NCBI GenBank assembly: GCA_913775595.1
Contig: CAJYLB010000001.1
Coordinates: forward strand, 868,001 to 932,000
DNA length: 64,000 bases
Direction: 5' to 3'
Source of the DNA: an uncultured Aquiluna sp.
GTDB taxonomy: Bacteria; Actinomycetota; Actinomycetes; Actinomycetales; Microbacteriaceae
In this document: positions 60,325 to 64,000 of the stretch, one piece after another
How positions within the stretch are numbered: the first letter of the stretch is position 1
Layout: each line of letters opens with the position of its first letter
The notes under the pieces: model-generated
What the model was told of the DNA's origin: nothing
Seen by the model: the letters and a program-made list of their open reading frames with translations, nothing else
The model's database searches: none
Made by a program: the position numbers and the translations under genes

Positions 60325-61293
60325 CTATAGCCACCTCGACGCTTGGTACTCGGCAAATACCTTGCGCACTGTTCCTGACTTACCTCGCACGACAATTGAT
60401 TCGGCGAAGATTGTGGCGCCTCTCTTACGAACACCTGAGACAAGCGGCCCGTCGGTGACACCAGTCGCAACAAAGAATGTGTTGTCAGAGGCGACCATGT
60501 CTCGCATTTGATAAACATGGTCAAACTTGAGACCCGCTGCAGTTCCCCTCTCGCGCTCGGCCGCATCTGAAGGATGAAGAATCCCCTGCATCTGACCACC
60601 TAGCGCGCTTACCCCTGCTGCGGTAATCACGCCCTCAGGAGAGCCCCCGACACCCATCGCCATATCGATGCGCGACTCAGACCTGGCGGCCTGGATACCC
60701 GCGGCAACGTCCCCATCGCGCAATAGCCTCGTTGCAGCTCCAGCACTTCGTACCTGCTCGATAACGTCCATGTTGTATTCGCGATCCAAAACCGCCACCA
60801 GCACTTCATCAGCCGACTTACCTGCACTCTTCGCATACTCGACGATGTTCTCTTTGATGCTCATCGAAATATCACAGACTCCAACTCCAGCGCTGCCCAC
60901 CACAAGTTTGTTCATCTTGAATACTGACGAGGCGTCGAGCATGGTGCCTCTGTCCGAAACTGCAATAACAGAAATCGCGTTCATCCGACCGGCTGCAGTG
61001 AGTGAAGTACCATCGATTGGGTCGACTGCGATGTCAACCTTGGGACCATTACCAGTGCCAAGGATCTCGCCGTTGAACAGCATTGGGGCATTATCTTTTT
61101 CCCCTTCGCCAATGACTACCTTGCCCTCAAAGTGAACCGTCCCAAGAAATGCCCTCATGGCATCGACTGCCGCCCCATCGGCGCCATTTTTGTCACCGCG
61201 CCCAATAAAGGGAAATGACCTTATTGCTGCGGCCTCTGTGGCCCTGACGAGCTCCATGGCAAGGTTTCTGTCTGGCTGGAAATCAAGGCTCAT
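60325..61293 (-). CDS. glpX: Fructose-1,6-bisphosphatase class II
   Basis: ELVRATEAAA, IGEGEKD, VDPIDGT, ATGVTDG. Confidence 0.96.
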   Translation of the reverse strand: MSLDFQPDRNLAMELVRATEAAAIRSFPFIGRGDKNGADGAAVDAMRAFLGTVHFEGKVVIGEGEKDNAPMLFNGEILGTGNGPKVDIAVDPIDGTSLTAAGRMNAISVIAVSDRGTMLDASSVFKMNKLVVGSAGVGVCDISMSIKENIVEYAKSAGKSADEVLVAVLDREYNMDVIEQVRSAGAATRLLRDGDVAAGIQAARSESRIDMAMGVGGSPEGVITAAGVSALGGQMQGILHPSDAAERERGTAAGLKFDHVYQMRDMVASDNTFFVATGVTDGPLVSGVRKRGATIFAESIVVRGKSGTVRKVFAEYQASRWL

Positions 61294-61366
61294 GGGCCAA
61301 GACTACCGTTTGCACTGAGCCCTGCCTTTGGGCGTAATCTTGAGGCAACAGACTCGAAGGTGAGTT

Positions 61367-62758
61367 ATGCGCATAGAGCACGACCTAATAGGTGATTACG
61401 AGCTCCCCGAATCTTCCCTCTGGGGCGTCCACACAGCACGTGCTGTTGACAACTTCCCAATCTCCGGTGTCCCCATCGGCCACTACCGCAACCTCATCAG
61501 GGCTCTGGGCCTTACAAAGGCAGCTGCTGCCAGAGTGAATGCGGCAATTGGTGGACTCGAAAAAGAAAAGGCACACTTCATCGAGCTTGCCTGCATGGAG
61601 GTGGCGGAGGGCAAGCTAGACAAATACTTTGTGGTCGATGCCATCCAGGGCGGTGCCGGGACCAGCACCAACATGAACGCGAATGAGGTAATCGCCAACA
61701 GGGCACTTGAGCTCATGGGTAAAGCCCCGGGCGACTATCAGCACATTCACCCACTCAACGACGTCAATCGATCTCAGTCAACTAATGACGTCTATCCGAC
61801 GGCCTTAAGGCTTGCGCTGATATTCGAGATAGAGCTCCTTGATCAATCGCTAACCGAGCTCAAAGAGTCTTACGAGCGCAAGGCAAAGGAGTTCTCGGAC
61901 ATCCTGAAGATGGCAAGGACTCAGCTCCAGGATGCTGTCCCCATCACACTCGGCCAGGAGTTTCAAGCATTTGCAGTTTCAACCTCTAAAGATATTGAGC
62001 GGCTCCATGAGCTACTGCCACTGCTTGCGGAGGTGAACCTAGGTGGTACTGCCGTCGGCACCGAGCTGAACACTCCCCGCGGCTACACCAAGAAAGTTGT
62101 CGCGGAGCTCAGCAAGCTGTCTGGGGTCAAGCTGACGTCCGCAAAGGATCTCGTAGAAGCCACGCAGTCTTCCGGTGTGCTGGTCACATTTAGCTCAGTC
62201 CTCAAGCGCATTGCTGTGAAGCAGTCAAAGATTGCTAGCGACCTCAGACTCCTCAGCTCCGGGCCAAGGGCAGGGCTAAACGAGATAAACCTCCCGGAAA
62301 AACAAGCTGGCTCTTCGATCATGCCGGGGAAGGTTAATCCAGTTGTCCCCGAGGTCATAAACCAGATTGCCTTCACGGTGATTGGCAATGACCTTACTGT
62401 GACCATGGCTGCCGAGTCAGGCCAGCTCCAGCTCAACGCATTTGAGCCGATTATGGCCAGGTCAATCCTCATGAGCATCACCTACCTGCGAAACGGCTTT
62501 GCGACCTTCACCAAGAACTGCGTGGATGGCATCGAGCCGAATGTGGACCTACTCAAGTCGGCTGTAGAGAACTCAATTGGCCTTGTTACGGTCCTCAGCC
62601 CAAAGTTGGGTTATGAGAATGCCACCAAGGTTGCCCGCTATGCCAAGAAGAATGACTGCTCAGTTAGGCAGGCTGTCACGGAACTGACTCTCATGACAGA
62701 AGCCGAATTCGATGCCGCTCTCGGCGACCTCGTCTCGATCGCGAAGCGAGCTCAGTAA
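61367..62758 (+). CDS. aspA: Aspartate ammonia-lyase
   Basis: QGGAGTS, RTQLQDAVP (Gln, not the fumarase His), GSSIMPGKVNP. Confidence 0.9.
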   Translation: MRIEHDLIGDYELPESSLWGVHTARAVDNFPISGVPIGHYRNLIRALGLTKAAAARVNAAIGGLEKEKAHFIELACMEVAEGKLDKYFVVDAIQGGAGTSTNMNANEVIANRALELMGKAPGDYQHIHPLNDVNRSQSTNDVYPTALRLALIFEIELLDQSLTELKESYERKAKEFSDILKMARTQLQDAVPITLGQEFQAFAVSTSKDIERLHELLPLLAEVNLGGTAVGTELNTPRGYTKKVVAELSKLSGVKLTSAKDLVEATQSSGVLVTFSSVLKRIAVKQSKIASDLRLLSSGPRAGLNEINLPEKQAGSSIMPGKVNPVVPEVINQIAFTVIGNDLTVTMAAESGQLQLNAFEPIMARSILMSITYLRNGFATFTKNCVDGIEPNVDLLKSAVENSIGLVTVLSPKLGYENATKVARYAKKNDCSVRQAVTELTLMTEAEFDAALGDLVSIAKRAQ

Positions 62759-64000
62759 TTAGTTGCGCAGCGCCTTCGCCAGCTCCCTAAAGGAATCAAC
62801 CAGCTTGTCCATGTCGGCTTGCTTGTGGGCAAGAGAGACAAGCCACTGCTCATCAAGTCCTGGAGGGGTTAGCACGCCTCTGTTGACACCCCAGAGCCAT
62901 GAAAGCTCCGCAACCTCGAAGTCTGTTGCCTTGAAATCACGGTAGTTGCGAACTGGAGTCTCGGACCAGATGACAGCTCCCTTCACACCGAAACCAATGG
63001 TGTGGGCTGGTAGCTCGTACTCGGCAATCACCGCGTCAAGCTTCTTGAGGGTAGAAATGTTTATTGCCTCTGCCTTGCCTACCGCTGCCTCGGTTGCAAC
63101 CTCATCGACCGCAATCGCAGCTGCCATGACAAGTGGATTGCCGTTATAGGTCCCAAAGTGAGCCATGCGGCCGTCAACAACCGCGTCCATGTACTTCTGC
63201 TTACCGCCAAAGGCAGCGAGGGGGAAGCCGCCACCAATGCTCTTGGCAAGGCAGATGATGTCTGGCTCAACACCAAGCTTCTTGGCAGCTCCTGCAACAC
63301 CAGCGGTCAATCCGGTCTTCACCTCATCAAAGATCAAGGCAATGCCGTACTTATCGCAAAGCTCTCTCACACCCTTTAGATAGCCGGCGTCAGGCATGAT
63401 GATGGAAAGGTTCTCAACCACTGGCTCGACAACGAAGCATGCGATGCGATCGCCGTGTTCGATGAAGATTTCCTGAAGCCTCTCGAGGTTGTTGAAGGGA
63501 ACCGTGAAGACCTCTCCGGGCTCAACGTCGAATGGGACCTGCGGGGTTGGCGCATGAGCGTCGCCGATGTCCTCGAGGGCAGGCTTGACCGAGACTTGCA
63601 GCGGGTCATAACCACCGTGATAACCACCCTCGACCTTAACAATGGCCTTCTTGCCGGTGACAGCTCTTGCGGTCCTGATTGCATACATCGTTGACTCGGT
63701 GCCGGAGTTGGTGAACCTGATCATGTCAAGGCCAAAACGCCTCTTAAAACGCTCGGCTGCCTCCGTAGCGATTGGGGCAGGGGTAACGAAAAGAGTGCCC
63801 ACACTTCGCATTGCCTTCTTGGCAGCTGCAATGACCTTAGGGTGCAGGTGACCCACCAGCATTGCCCCGAATCCCATCGAAAGATCTAGGAGCTTCCTAC
63901 CGTCAATGTCCTTTACGTATGCACCCTTGGCGGAGACGATTGAAATTGGGTAGGGGTCCCAGTGCTGAAAACTTGAAGTGACGCCAAGTGGCAGGGTCTT
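62759..64000 (-). CDS. Class III PLP aminotransferase, GSA-aminomutase-like; 5' end lies beyond the window
   Basis: NSGTE, GGYHG, FDEVKTG, AKSIGGG, GTYNGN; frame stays open to the window edge (…LPLGVTSSFQHWDPYP…). Confidence 0.85.
   Translation of the reverse strand, partial: KTLPLGVTSSFQHWDPYPISIVSAKGAYVKDIDGRKLLDLSMGFGAMLVGHLHPKVIAAAKKAMRSVGTLFVTPAPIATEAAERFKRRFGLDMIRFTNSGTESTMYAIRTARAVTGKKAIVKVEGGYHGGYDPLQVSVKPALEDIGDAHAPTPQVPFDVEPGEVFTVPFNNLERLQEIFIEHGDRIACFVVEPVVENLSIIMPDAGYLKGVRELCDKYGIALIFDEVKTGLTAGVAGAAKKLGVEPDIICLAKSIGGGFPLAAFGGKQKYMDAVVDGRMAHFGTYNGNPLVMAAAIAVDEVATEAAVGKAEAINISTLKKLDAVIAEYELPAHTIGFGVKGAVIWSETPVRNYRDFKATDFEVAELSWLWGVNRGVLTPPGLDEQWLVSLAHKQADMDKLVDSFRELAKALRN

Noticed and set aside
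61367..62758. fumC, expected next to glpX
   Set aside because: RTQLQDAVP and QGGAGTS indicate aspartase rather than fumarase.
62759..64000. hemL assignment
   Set aside because: GSA-like fold, but FDEVKTG and the lack of hem context make the substrate uncertain; the gene is also cut by the window edge.

Overview
A densely packed chromosomal window from a streamlined actinobacterium, most likely Microbacteriaceae of the Aquiluna/Rhodoluna type. This is inferred from the very short intergenic spaces, the actinobacterial gene orders (holB-tmk-topA-tad-6C-acs-ponA and ask-asd-recR-dnaX-ffs) and the many acidic proteins. It carries about 70 CDSs. These include metH with a convergent ECF transporter operon, galT/galK, ktrAB, a GH13_18 phosphorylase, a dgcN/dgcA-like pair, a minimal Tad locus, pntAB, a heliorhodopsin, glpX and aspA. 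It also has three tRNAs (Lys-TTT, Thr-CGT, Ser-GGA), SRP RNA and a 6C RNA. No CRISPR array, IS, integrase or prophage was seen. The most notable observations are: a 48-bp duplication of the tRNA-Thr 3' half enclosing an integrase-less single-gene islet; a candidate anti-SD sRNA next to it; heliorhodopsin co-oriented with a PGPGW protein and pntAB; an EcfT-A-A' fusion B12-uptake candidate with no riboswitch; a phosphorylase with an unusual specificity loop; and several small genes absent from the ORF track. All family assignments come from motif recognition by eye; no database search was run.
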